From Octopus vulgaris (lineage: Eukaryota): DNA of 64,000 bases. The notes below the pieces were generated by a model. It was not told the DNA's origin. It did no database searches and saw only the letters and a list, made by a program, of their open reading frames with translations. A program made the translations under genes and the position numbers. This document shows, piece by piece, positions 1-12,450 of the stretch. Location: contig OX597819.1 in assembly GCA_951406725.2 (NCBI GenBank), forward strand, positions 35,588,001 through 35,652,000, given 5' to 3'. The first letter of the stretch is position 1. Each line of letters begins with the position of its first letter.

Positions 1-2
1 GT

Positions 3-509
3 AAGGCATTCAAGAAAGTCCTGCGCACTACGGGCCTAAAAGTTAAAGTTGTAGAAAAGACAGGTAGGACTATCAAATCGGCATTATGCAGATCATATCC
101 ATTTGATAGAATCACCTGTCAGAGTAATTGTGCAGTGTGTTCGACAAATCCACACGTAAATTGTAAAACCAAGGGCACTGTATACCAGATTAAGTGCCAG
201 GAGGGAGCTTGCGCGGCTAACCCGGAGTCATACATAGGTGAGACCTCTAGAAGCATCAATGATAGGTTCAAAGAACACCTGGACAACTACATTGAAAGGA
301 AGCCAAACTCCATCTTCTACCAACATGCTGTAGACTGCCACAAGGGATCCTTAGGGGAGCTTAAGTTGAACATCCTATCTACACATCCCACCGATGCAAT
401 GTTGAGACAGGTCACAGAAGCTGTTTGTATACAAGAATACAAACCTACTCTCAACCGAAAGTCCGAATGGAATAACATCCAGATCCCATTCAGAAGGACT
501 ATTCTATAA
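3..509 (+). mobile_element. Penelope-like element, C-terminal Cys-rich linker and GIY-YIG endonuclease; ORF open from the window edge
   Basis: Frame is stop-free from nt 3: KAFKKVLRTTGLKVKVVEKTG...CQSNCAVC...NCKTKGTVYQIKC...YIGETSRSINDRFKEH...HAVDCH...RQVTEAVCI...LNRKSEW. Shows the VY-YIG pair, catalytic R/E/N and the Cys/His residues typical of PLE endonucleases. Confidence 0.9.
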
Positions 510-1645
510 CCACCCCTCTCTCTCTCTCCCTTTCACCTGTAGTCCTTACATACAGGTTGCAATGCGTATGTGCAGTTATATACAACGGTATGAGCAGACG
601 TTGTTTGATACGAACAGTCGCACCTAGGCGTTGTACCCATTCACGGTTAGACGACGATGAGAGGAACAAACACACACCCACACACATATATATATATGTG
701 TGTGCGTCTATACAAACATATATGTAAATATGTATACAACCTTCAGCTAAGTAACAGTCATGTACACAACTTGGACGGACACATGCCAGTACACGGACAT
801 ACGTTCACATACACATACACATGTACACACTCTCACGGACACATCTGCCCATTCTCCTAGACACTCACATACATACGTAGCACATGAATACAAACATACA
901 TACATACCTACGTATGGGCATACACACGTACATACGCACGTACATGTACACACACACATACATGGGCACATGCATACGGGCGCGTATACATACATACGCA
1001 CATGCGTACGTATGTACATACATACATACATACATACATACATACATACATACGCACATACATACATACATACGAACAATAGTAAAACATTAGTTCTGTG
1101 ATATAGAGATAGAAATCTGATAATAGATTTTAGGGTATAGTTCTTGTGAGCAAGCGTCATAAATTCACTTTCTAGCCTCGGCCGTAGGGAGTTGAAATTT
1201 GATAGCGTTGTGATGAGTGGTCACTCTACATCCATCCATCGCTACAGGTTTATAACTTTATGTTTTATAGAGTGTATGTGCGTGCTTATACACACACATA
1301 CATATATACATACATACATACATACATGCATACACAGGCGTATGTGCGGACATGAATACGTACATACATACACACATGTATGCATACATACACACATACA
1401 TACGTACATACATATATATGACGAACTAACTGTTACTTTCTTAGATGCAGCACGGACTTTGTCAGTGAACAGGTCGCGGATTTTAGCGACGAAAATATTT
1501 TGACAAATTAAACTTAAATGTTGGAGTGAATCGAACGGCTTTTGTGTGTTTCTTAAATGGCTTATAAACACCTCCCACGCTGCAATTGTTTTCGTTTCAG
1601 CACACGATCTCAGATCAAATTACTTGCTATGCGAGTACATCTCCG

Positions 1646-1702
<57 letters not shown>

Positions 1703-1704
<2 letters not shown>

Positions 1705-1935
1705 ATCATCATCATCATTTAACTTCCAGTGTCCATGATAGCATGGGTTGGATGGTGTGATCAGAGCTGGCACGCTGGGGAGCTGCACCAGGCTCCGCTC
1801 TGATTTGGCTTGGTTTCTATGGCTGGATGCCCTTCCTAATACCAACCACTTTACAGAGTGTGCTGGATGCTTTTATGTGGTACCATACCACATGAACACT
1901 TTTACAAGATGCTGCTTGGGTGCTTTTATGTGTAA
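1703..1935 (-). mobile_element. SINE family C (RTE-like tail, (GAT)n end), partial
   Basis: Shares GCATGGGTTGGA and CTGGATGCCCTTCCTAATxCCAACCACT with the other family C copies. Confidence 0.8.
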
Positions 1936-2298
1936 CTGAGGAGGACATACAGACATATATCTGTCTATCTAAGTGTTTGTGTGTGTGTGATCATCATCAT
2001 CATCATCTAATGCTCATGTTCCATGCTGGCAGGGGGCTGCATGGTGTGACAAGATCCAGTGGGTCCAAGGACTGCACGAAACTCCAGTCTTTGTTTTAGC
2101 ATTGTTTCTTTGGCTGAATGCCCTTCTATGGTTAATGTTAACCACTTTACAGCACATACTAGGTGATTTTTTCCATGATACTAGCACTAGTGAGGTTGCC
2201 ATGCAGCTATCACCTCTGAGTAGGTGGCTTTATGCTTGACAACGAGAGAGGTAAGTATGAGAGAAGATGCCAGAGTAGAACATATTCTTGCTGTAGAA

Positions 2299-2528
2299 CA
2301 GTGGTTCCTAAAGTGGGTGATATTGCCCTCCTGGGGGCAGTGGATAGTTCCAAGAAATGTAGGGTGATAATAGGGTAGCAATTCATGTAAAAAGTGGGGC
2401 AATAATGGGGTAGCGATTCATGAAAAACCAACAAAATAATGGGTTTCTTTAGGTTAAGTTATATTCGTGAAACACAGTTGCTTTGAATTTGCTTCAGAAA
2501 GGCAGCCAGAAAAAGTTTGGGAACATTG
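2299..2528. mobile_element. hAT (Charlie-like) MITE
   Basis: TIRs CAGTGGTTCCTAAA / TTTGGGAACATTG; 8-bp TSD CTGTAGAA (2291-2298) / CTGTAGAG (2529-2536). Confidence 0.8.
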
Positions 2529-4025
2529 CTGTAGAGGAACCACATGACTACTCATATTTTTAGAAAAGAGTATGCGAGTGACTGGGTGGAGTTAGAAAAG
2601 ATAAAGGAAATGGTGATGAGTGCCTAGGTGCCATAATAAAATGCTTCCAGTACATTCTGCAAAAAGGATTGTGTTAAAAAAAAGTAACTATACATGTGCA
2701 TGCATCTTTCTTAATCATTCCTCAGATTACCATATATGCCTATACAATTTTTGCACTTAACAACTCTGCAGAAAGTATTTCATAATCTCTTATCTATCTA
2801 ACCATATTGAGATCTACAAGAACATATCCTTACCAATTATAATCACTCATGCAATTCCTAACTCTTCTTTTTCTCTCCTAATTCTATTTTTGTTTCTTTT
2901 TCCCCTCCCAAACTTCCCTTTACTTTTTTTTTTTGCTTTTTATCTCTTCTCTTTTCCTCCCTTCCATCTTTTAGCTGTATTTTCTATAATTTTCTTCCAT
3001 TAATAACTTCATTTTTTTAATGCATTGTTATCAAAGCATTTCACATACTAACAGTTGCTTTTCCATTTCAATAACGATCACTACAGTTTACAGACACGCT
3101 CGATACCTCAGTCAATTTCTGTTGCATTGACGAAACTATCAAAAAGTAATTTATGGAAAGTTCTGTAGTAATTTTGTAAAGTCTGCACTAGAAAACTAAA
3201 TTTATGTTAGATTTCCAAGAAGGATTTTTCAGTGCAATTTTTAATTGTTGATTTCCTAAATAAGCACAAGTACACAAATTTGTGGGAATACAAGAGTTAA
3301 CATTTTAGCTGCAAAATTAGATTCCATGGTTATTCCAGAAATGATGTTAAATATCAGCCAATAAGAAATAGAATTGGTATTTTCTGTAAGACATGTTGCC
3401 ATATCTCAACTTGACATATCTCAAACAAAAAATAGTTTTAAGCAGGGCATTCCTCACCAAAAGATATATTGGGATATAAGACTGCTTTCTGCAGTAAAGA
3501 GTAATGAAATTTTGAAAGGATATATCAGATTTCCACAGTAAAAAAGTGTTAATTATATAGAACTGCAGCACTTGACTGGTACTTATTTTATTGAATTCAG
3601 AAGGTTAAAAAGACATATACTAACTCAGATTGTAAAGAATCATAACTAGATAGCAGAAGGCAGTTTGTGGTTTGCTCTACTGATTAGGTCGAAACTATAC
3701 CTTTGAAAAGGCTACATCTAGATATTTACAGAAATAAATTTCTGCAAAAACAACAACAACAAAATTAAGAGTAGAGTTAGCTTTAATAAAAGGAAATCTA
3801 AGAAGGAAAATAAGAGAAAAAAAAAAGTAAGAATGAAGAAGATTCTTGTATTTTCCTTACTGCTATTCCATGTTAACATACTGATATAATCTGCATTCCA
3901 TTGCATGTGAGGTATTGTACGATCAAGAAAAAAATTCTGTTTATGTTTATTGTAAGTCTATACACATATATATATACACCACACACATACATATACTAAC
4001 ATACATGTGTGTGCATGTGTGTGTA

Positions 4026-4065
<40 letters not shown>

Positions 4066-4112
4066 CTATATATATATATATATATATATATACATAAATA
4101 TATACATAAATA

Positions 4113-4699
4113 ATTTGGCATTAGAATTTTTCTTTTGCCCTTATATTGTAAATTATTTATAAATTTAACCTTTAAAGGTATTTTTTGATATGCTGGCCAT
4201 TGATGAAATTTTTTTCCCGAAAAAAATTTTATCCTACATTAGTTATAAATTGATTAGTGTTCACTTCCGGATTCTATCACTCTGTGAAAGTTTCTAGTTC
4301 GAATCACACGTGCTGACGATTTTCTATTTTGGATATATTTGGGGTACTTAGGTCTGCTCAGGACTTGGTGTTTGCTTTTTCCATGGGTATGAGTAAGTAT
4401 TTCACTTATATCTCGCGTATTTGTCACTGAAGAGGAGAAAATTCTTATGAATTAACTCCAAAATTGGTCCAATACGGTAATAACGAATTTTTTAGAAATT
4501 TCTATCGGTTTGTTTTGAGACGCATAAATTATAATGGTTAATTGACAATTTTTGTCTTTTTTTCGACATATTTGGCATTAGAATTTTTCTTTTGCCCTTA
4601 TATTGTAAATTCTTTATAAATTTAACCTTTAAAGGTATTTTTTGATATGCTGGCCATTGATGAAATTTTTTTCCCGAAAAAAATTTTATCCTACATTAG

Positions 4700-4704
<5 letters not shown>
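4113..4704 (+). mobile_element. Terminally redundant, hammerhead-bearing insert between (TA)n tracts (Penelope pLTR or retrozyme-like)
   Basis: 135-bp direct repeats at 4113-4247 and 4570-4704 (one mismatch seen), period 457; hammerhead-like motif at 4421-4480; TA-rich microsatellite on both sides. Confidence 0.7.
4421..4480 (+). ncRNA. Type I hammerhead ribozyme, degenerate (G12>A)
   Basis: TTGTCA-CTGAAGA-GGAG(aa AATTC ttat GAATT aa)CTCC-AAAA-TTGGtCCAA-TA-CGGTAA. Stems II and III pair; stem I pairs with wobbles and one mismatch. Confidence 0.65.
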
Positions 4705-4772
<68 letters not shown>

Positions 4773-4846
4773 CACATACATACATATGTACACATATACA
4801 TATACATGTATATATGTATATATATATATGTATACATATATGTGTG

Positions 4847-4898
<52 letters not shown>

Positions 4899-4995
4899 TA
4901 TATATGTATGTATAGATAGATAGATTGATAAAGATACAGATACAGACACACACATGCACATATATGTTCTATAATGGTATATATATGTGTTTGTA

Positions 4996-5067
<72 letters not shown>

Positions 5068-5110
5068 CATACATACATACATACATACATACATACATAC
5101 ATACATACAT

Positions 5111-7350
5111 GATGGCTGCCCCCTCGTTATCGAGTATGGCCATTGCACGAAGCTTAACTATTACTGGTGCTGTGATCAAATGTGACTTTTTAGCCCAGCT
5201 AAAGATCTACAATGTCTTGTACAGAATTGGCAACTAAAACCTTTACGGGTAATAGCCGGCTGTAATTGTAACTGGGCTTCATGTACCTTTGCATGTCGTT
5301 TAAGTCCTCCTGCCAAATTACACTCTCTTCCACATGCCCGACAGATATGATTAGTATGGTGTGTAACACCACCACCAGTAGCCAGGTTGTCACTCATCTG
5401 TCTCACTATATGACTATGAAGATGACTCTTGAGTCCAGCTTTACTGAGGCAGGGTCTTGCACAGACACTGCATGTCAGCATCATAGGAAGACCCTTCCCA
5501 TCTGGAAGTGTAATAGCGATGCCCTTCCTGACATCCCTCCTTACTTTCTCATGTGCAACTCAAGATTTCTCAAAAGTGGCTGTCCCCTTGTGCACAATCC
5601 TTCTCCACCTGCTGCGACCAACAGCTATGCCTTCCCATGTGTCAGGAGAGATGCAAGCATCTCTTTAGGAAGCCTTCAGCGAGTCCTTATACCTCTTTTT
5701 TGGTTTATGTGGAGGTCGTTCTCCTTTAGCTAACTCTCCATGAAAAAGTTGTTTTGGCATCCTTCAATCCTTCATCCTGACCAGATGACCACTCCATCTG
5801 AGCCTTTGCTTTAACACAAGAGCTTCTATATTTTCACACCGAGAGCCTTCCAGTATTTCAAGATCACTGATGTGGTCCTTCCACTTAATGCCATAGATCC
5901 GTCTGAGACACATCTGATGGAAATGTTCCAGTTGTTGAAGATGGTATCGATATGTGATCCACATCTTGCAGACATAGAGAAGAGAAGGGAGCACACATGC
6001 CTTGTATACCTTTATCTTTGTCTTTCTGCATATGTCTCGCCGACTCCAGAGGCGCTTTTCTTGCCTTCTGAAAGCAACACTTGCTTTCCTAATTCTATAT
6101 GGAATTTCATCATCCAAATTGCTATATCTATTAATAGTGCTTCCCATGTAGACAAACTGATCAACTACATCAAGTCGTTTACCATACACATAGATATTTG
6201 GTACACTATACTGCTTACCAGGGGCAGGTTGATGCATGACAACAGTTTTCTTGAAATTGACTGTCAATCCTAAGGCAGTGCAAGCATCAGAGAATGCATT
6301 CAAAATGTGTTGCATATCAATCTCTGTGTGTGCTACTAGCTCACAATCATCTGCATACAAAAGATCTCTTATGATAGAGGTAAATACCTTTGCTTTTGCA
6401 GCAAAGTGCCTGATATTAAATGTAAAAGGTTCGATAATGGATGTAAATACCGTATCTGCAGTTTCTGAATGCAATACAGAACACCATCGCAAAATATATG
6501 GAAAATAGGGTCGGTACCAGAGTATCCCCCTGTTTCACTCCATTTTGTATTGAAATGGGCTCCGACATTTTCCCTCTAACCATTCATGTCTTCATGAAAA
6601 GACCTAACCAAAGCAAGGAACTTTTCAGGACACCCAAGTTTCTGGAGGACTTTCCACAATGCTTTTCTATTGACGGTATCAAAGGCTTTTGTCAGATCGA
6701 CAAAAACCTGATACAAATCCAGACTCTGTTCCACACACTTCTCCTGAAGCTGTCTAGCTGAAAAGATCATATCAGCAGTGCCACATCCCACACAAAAGCT
6801 AGATTGATTTTCTGGAAGAACACAATCTGCAACATATTTCAGCAGATGATCCAGAAGTATCCTGCATAAAACCATTCCTACGACAGACAGCAATGATACT
6901 CCCCTGTAATTACTACAATCATTCCTGTTGCCCTTTCCCTTATACAGGACCACCATTACTGTATCTCTCCAGTCCTCAGGTACAGATTCACTAGTCCATA
7001 TCTTACCAAACAAAGAGTGAAGTTTCTGCAGAAGTTTCTCACCACCATGCTGTAACAACTCCGCATGTATGCCATCCATACCAGGAGACTTCCCATTATT
7101 CAACCCTGAGACAGCCATTGCAACTTCTTCCAACTTTGGTGGTTCTACGAGTGCTGCCTTCACAGGCAATCCAGGGATGAGATTGAGAACATCCTCACTA
7201 ACTACAGACTGCTGATTCAAAAGTTCATCAAAGTGTTCTTGGCCACCTACGCAGAATTCCTTGTGAATCACGAAGAAGTTCTTTACCATTCCTGCTTCGA
7301 AGTGGTGTCATCAGGGAAGATGTCGGTCCATAAACTTCTCGCAAGAGACC
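5111..7350 (-). mobile_element. RTE-clade LINE, 5'-truncated and frameshifted; RT plus C-terminal C2H2 fingers
   Basis: ORF 6576-7289 (KSPGMDGI, CSNYRGVSLLS, FVDLTKAFDTV); ORF 5764-6492 (LLYADD, RLRWSGHLVRM); ORF 5176-5484 (three CxxC-x12-H fingers). 3' end ...GCAGCCATC followed by (ATGT)n. Confidence 0.95.
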
Positions 7351-7689
7351 ATACAACATTTATACATACATACATACATACATACATACATACATACATA
7401 CATACATACATACATACATACATGTCTATACATGTATATATGTACATAAACACTGGAAAACCTTACTGTAGGTCAAACAGGAATGTAAACACATTCTTCC
7501 TAAGATATTTAAGTCTTTCCACACATCAATAACACAGAAAGAATGAGCTTGCAAACTTATTTAACCCAGAGTGAGTCTTTGCAATGTTTAAATTGATTTC
7601 ACTTCTTTTCATATGCAGTGTCGTGTATGAAATAAAAACATGAATACACAGATGCACACACCCACACACACACACTCACACACACACAT

Positions 7690-7712
7690 ATATGTGTATG
7701 TGTGCATGTATA

Positions 7713-7778
<66 letters not shown>

Positions 7779-8041
7779 TATGCGTGTGTATGTATATGCT
7801 CACACACACATATATATACATGTATATACATATATACATATATATACATATATATATGTATATATATATGTATATATATATATATACACATACCTATATA
7901 CATATATGCATATATACATACATGTATATACATGCATGTGTGTATATATATATATGTACATATTTATATATATATGTATACATATATACATATGTATATA
8001 TATTTATATATATACATATACACATATACATACATGCAATC

Positions 8042-8091
<50 letters not shown>

Positions 8092-8345
8092 CACATACAT
8101 ATATACATATATGCATATATACATATATGTATATATACATATATGTATATATATGCATGTGTGTGTGTATATATATGTACATATTTATATATATATGTAT
8201 ACATATATACATATATGCATATATACATATTTATATATATACATATACACATATACATATACATACATATATGTATATATACATATATATATATAAACAT
8301 ATATATATATATATATATATATGTTTATATATACATACATATATA
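7690..8345. repeat. Compound (TA)/(CA)/(TACA) microsatellite block, representative of many in the window
   Basis: Direct inspection; source of the spurious YIYI ORFs. Confidence 0.97.
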
Positions 8346-8640
8346 GAGGCACACACACACATATGGCACAGCTGATGTTGCTTTTGAGTTGCTGTTGAAA
8401 TCTAATCTAATCAATTCCATACATGTACAGATATTTTATATCTCCTTTATTTGAAATATGTAAACATGTAAGAACCCAGTAAACACAGATTGTAAATTGC
8501 GTAACGATTGTTATACATGCGTAGAGAACTACGTAACTTCATAGTTATACACGTAATCACACCTGTACACACAAACCTGTACACACACGCACACACATGT
8601 ACACACATACACATATGAATGCACTGACATATCTATAAGA

Positions 8641-8684
<44 letters not shown>

Positions 8685-8687
<3 letters not shown>

Positions 8688-9285
8688 TCATCATCGTTTA
8701 ACGTCCGCTTTCCATGCTAGCATGGGTTGGACGGTTCAACTGGGGTCTGGCAAGCCCGAAGGCTGCACCAGGCCAGTCAGATCTGGCAGTGTTTCTACAG
8801 CTGGATGCCCTTCCTAATGCCAACCACTCCGAGAGTGTAGTGGGTGATTTTATGTGCCACCGACACAGGTGCCAGACGAGGCTGGCAGACGGCCACGCTC
8901 GGATGGTGTTTTTTATGTGCCACCGACACAGGTGCCAGACGAGGCTGGCTGACGGCCACGCTCGGATGGTGTTTTCTTATGTGTCACCGACACAGGTGCC
9001 AGACGAGGCTGGCGGACGGCCACGCTCGGATGGTGTTTGTTACGTGCCCTCAGCACGGAGGCCAGTCATTGCAGTACTGGCTACGGTCACGTTTGGATGG
9101 TTTTCTTATGTGCCACCGGCACTGGTACCACAAGGATACAAATTCCATTGATGTTCATCTATTTTGATTTGGTTCGATTTGATTTGATTTGATTCGATTC
9201 TCACTTGCCTCAACAGGTCTTCACAAGTGTCACAAGAAGGAAGGTATGCACAGGTGGACTGACTACGTCCCAGGTAGGGGCCACG
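8685..9285 (-). mobile_element. SINE family C, long copy with internal ~63-bp tandem repeats
   Basis: Tail CATCATCATCGTTTAACGTCCGC; TATGTGCCACCGACACAGGTGCCAGACGAGGCTGGC repeated at about 8851, 8915 and 8978. Confidence 0.85.
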
Positions 9286-9512
9286 GATATATATATATAT
9301 ATATCTTTATGCATTATGATTGCTAATGTGATTTTTTTCCTCTTTTACTTGCTCTCGGTGTGCCTAAATGTAGATGTTGGCATAGACAGACAGACAGACA
9401 GACATACACCCCACCCACACATAGATGTAAAGATACATATAAATATGCATACACAAACACACATACACTCTCACACACATATATATGTATGTAAATGCAT
9501 ATTTTTCTGACT

Positions 9513-9589
<77 letters not shown>

Positions 9590-9813
9590 TATAGATATAT
9601 AGATATATATATGTATATATATATATATATATATCTTACCAATCAGTTTCGTGTAAAGAACACAATGGAATGTTAGGTAACAATCCGATGATATAACTTT
9701 ATGGTCATCAGTAATAGCCGATATTGAAGGGAATATGGTGATTGCTCTCTATTGTCAGAGGTGGATTAGCACAACATCACTGGGATGTTGAATAAGGACT
9801 TTAGCTGTGCACC

Positions 9814-10250
9814 TTGGTTAAAAAAATTTTAGTAGGTAGGCCCAGACCAGGGTCTGAGGCAGGATGCTCATGCAGAGGTAACACAACTTGTCCACTAAGC
9901 AGCCACTGCAATACAGAAACAGTGGTTTATGAGGCAGAAGTAACAGCAATAGGACCCAGTGGACAACTGAACATGCAAAAGTATGTGGGGTCAGTAGAAG
10001 TCCTCATGACCACAAGTCCTCATTCAACATCCCGAGACGTAACACCACAACCCTAGCCTAGCACATCTGGGCTTTGAAAGAAAGCGCCACAGAATACAGC
10101 ATAAAGTGGAAGATCTTACAATCGCAGCAGGAAGTGCAGATTATGCTTGGCTGAGAAGAAAGTGATTTTAAAAGGTATCCAATATCCAGATGTTTACCTG
10201 AATAGTGAGTTGTTTAATCCTTGCCCACACGAAAGCAAGTACATTCTACC
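9814..10250 (+). mobile_element. Penelope-like GIY-YIG endonuclease remnant (second family, disrupted)
   Basis: CSCRGNTTCPLSSHCNTETVVYEAEV...KYVG, then across frameshifts HIWALKESATEYSIKWKIL, RKCRLCLAEKKVIL and SELFNPCPHESKY. Confidence 0.85.
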
Positions 10251-10456
10251 GTACCTGCACGCTCCATCATGACTGCAGCCACAAGTCTCCTGTTTCAACC
10301 TTCCACCAATGCCCTTGATCCTAGCAAAAAGAATTTAACCAAAGCACACACCAATGCACCCATGTACAAACAGGCACACCCCTATAAGGCGGATACCCCA
10401 CAAATAACTATCCCCCACACATACCCCTCATGCAAATTGTACCCCCCCACACACAC

Positions 10457-10576
10457 ATTACACATTACACAGCACATGATAATATAACCCCACTCCCATG
10501 ACTTTATCCTTTACAGAAAGAAAACAGACCAATGAACATAGCTATGTATACCTACACCCCTGGAAAAAATTGTATA

Positions 10577-10625
<49 letters not shown>

Positions 10626-10833
10626 GTATATATATATGTATATATATATGTATATATATATATATGTATATATATATGTATATATATGTGTGGTATGTGT
10701 AATGGTGTCATATGTACAATTTTTTCCAGGGGTGTAGGTATATATAGCTATGTTCATTGGTCTGTTTTCTTTCTGTAAAGGATAAAGTCATAGGAGTGGG
10801 GGTTATATTATCATGTGCTGTGTAATGTGTAAT
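10457..10833. repeat. ~118-bp inverted repeat around a (TA)-rich spacer
   Basis: 10457-10574 is the near-exact reverse complement of 10715-10833. Confidence 0.92.
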
Positions 10834-12450
10834 TGCATTGTCTAAAACAAATTCATCAACCCTGTTCAATAGCTCACTGTAGTGTTCCCTCCCTCTAGCC
10901 TCTATTTCTTTTAGCTACTTCAAGATCTTATTTCCATCCTTGGCCTTAACAAGAGCAGAAGATGGCATTTGTGGCCTGTAGACTTTTTCAGCAGTTGGTG
11001 CATTGTCTTACAATCCCTAGCAACTGATATATTTTGAATGGACTGAGATTTTACTTCCTACCAAGCATTCTTGATGCCACTCAAATGCCTTTGGACTTCA
11101 TCTTTTTGTCATCCCTAATGCTTCAATTGCTTTTTCCTTATTGACTAAAGATAGATTTGGAAGAAGTGTCTTTTGATGTAGTCTTTGTTTCCCCTTCAGC
11201 AGGCTGTGAATTTCTGTATCATTCTCATTGAACCAGTCTTGATGTTTCTGTTTTCAAATGCCCAGTTTCCTTAGATGTGTTGTATGTCTTATCCTTAAAA
11301 TTCTCCCAAATATTCAACTGGTTTAAAGGTTTGAGACTGTTAATGGCTGATATCAAGCAAATTCTGAATTTGTCCACATCAAGCTTTTTGCATGCAATTG
11401 CTTTGCACTGAAACTTAGAGTGTGTCTTAGTCCAAGCTTAATTTTGACCAATCCACAATCAGTCTGGCACTCAGCACCTCTCATGACTTTCACTATTTTC
11501 ATATCCTATAAATCAAGCATTGTAGTGATAATACAGTAAATGATACGCCAATGCTTTGAACATGGGTGTATCCATGTCCCTTTGTACTTGCTTTTTTGAT
11601 GAAAGAAAGTGTCGCCTATAATCAGGTTATGTTCACTGCATAACGGCAAGAGGTGCAATCCATGGCTGATAAGGCACTGAGCTGGCAGAAACGTTAGCAT
11701 GCCGGGTGAAATGCTTAGCGGTATTTCGTCTGCCGCTACCTTCTGAGTTCAAAATCCACCGAGGTAGACTTTGCCTTTCATCCTTTCGGGGTCAGTAAAT
11801 TAAGTACCAGTTACACACTGGGGTCAATATAATCGACTTAATCCGTCTGTCTGTCCTTTTTTTGTCTCCTCTGTGTTTAGCCCCTTGTGGGTGGTAAAGA
11901 AATAGGTTTTACCAAGACCCTGTTTTCTCAGGTAATGCTATATATCATGATCAATTCCTACTCTAGCATGAAAGTCTCCTATTAGAAATATCTTATCATC
12001 CTTGTGGAAACCAGATGACAATTTTCTCAGATTAGCATAGAACGCTAATATATCATTCTCAGAAGGTGCCATATACTTTCACCAAAGTGGTGTATCTTCC
12101 TTTATCCAACAGCAGTTGAAGGCTTTTTATTCTATCTAATGTGCAAAATGTAGTTCTTTGAAATGCTTAATTAACTTCGTCTTTATAACAAATCCTACAC
12201 CACTCTCTTTGTTCTTGTTCTCGGCTTTTCCTTTCCAAAAGAATGTATAGCCTACACTGATTTCAGTGATCTGTCCTTCATTAGCAAGACATATTTCTGA
12301 AACTGCTGTGATATCAACGTCATCTCTCCTTAATTCTCTGCTAAAAGAACAGTCTTTCTTTCCTGTCAATTTTCCTTGCCTGAATAAAGCAATGTGTATA
12401 TATACCAACAACCAGCCTTAAGATTCATGCTAGCAATGTATTTGCATTTT
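10834..12450 (-). mobile_element. RTE-clade LINE, degenerate APE endonuclease and linker; a separate copy from 5111-7350
   Basis: RELRRDDVDITAVSE...GYTFFWKGK...SGVGFVIK (12136-12411); LCSEHNLIIGDTFF...TWIHPCSKHW (11506-11700); ends at EHYSELLNR, which overlaps the region homologous to EHFDELLNQ in the other copy. Confidence 0.85.
11673..11905 (+). mobile_element. SINE family A (tRNA-like head) nested in the RTE remnant
   Basis: GAGCTGGCAGAAACGTTAGC...GAGTTCAAA (B-box-like)...GCCTTTCATCCTTTCGGGGTC...GTAAAGAAATA. Confidence 0.9.

Noticed and set aside
510-660. SECIS element after the Penelope ORF, as in Naiad-type elements
   Set aside because: An ATGA is present, but the AA spacing and the 3' GA quartet do not fit.
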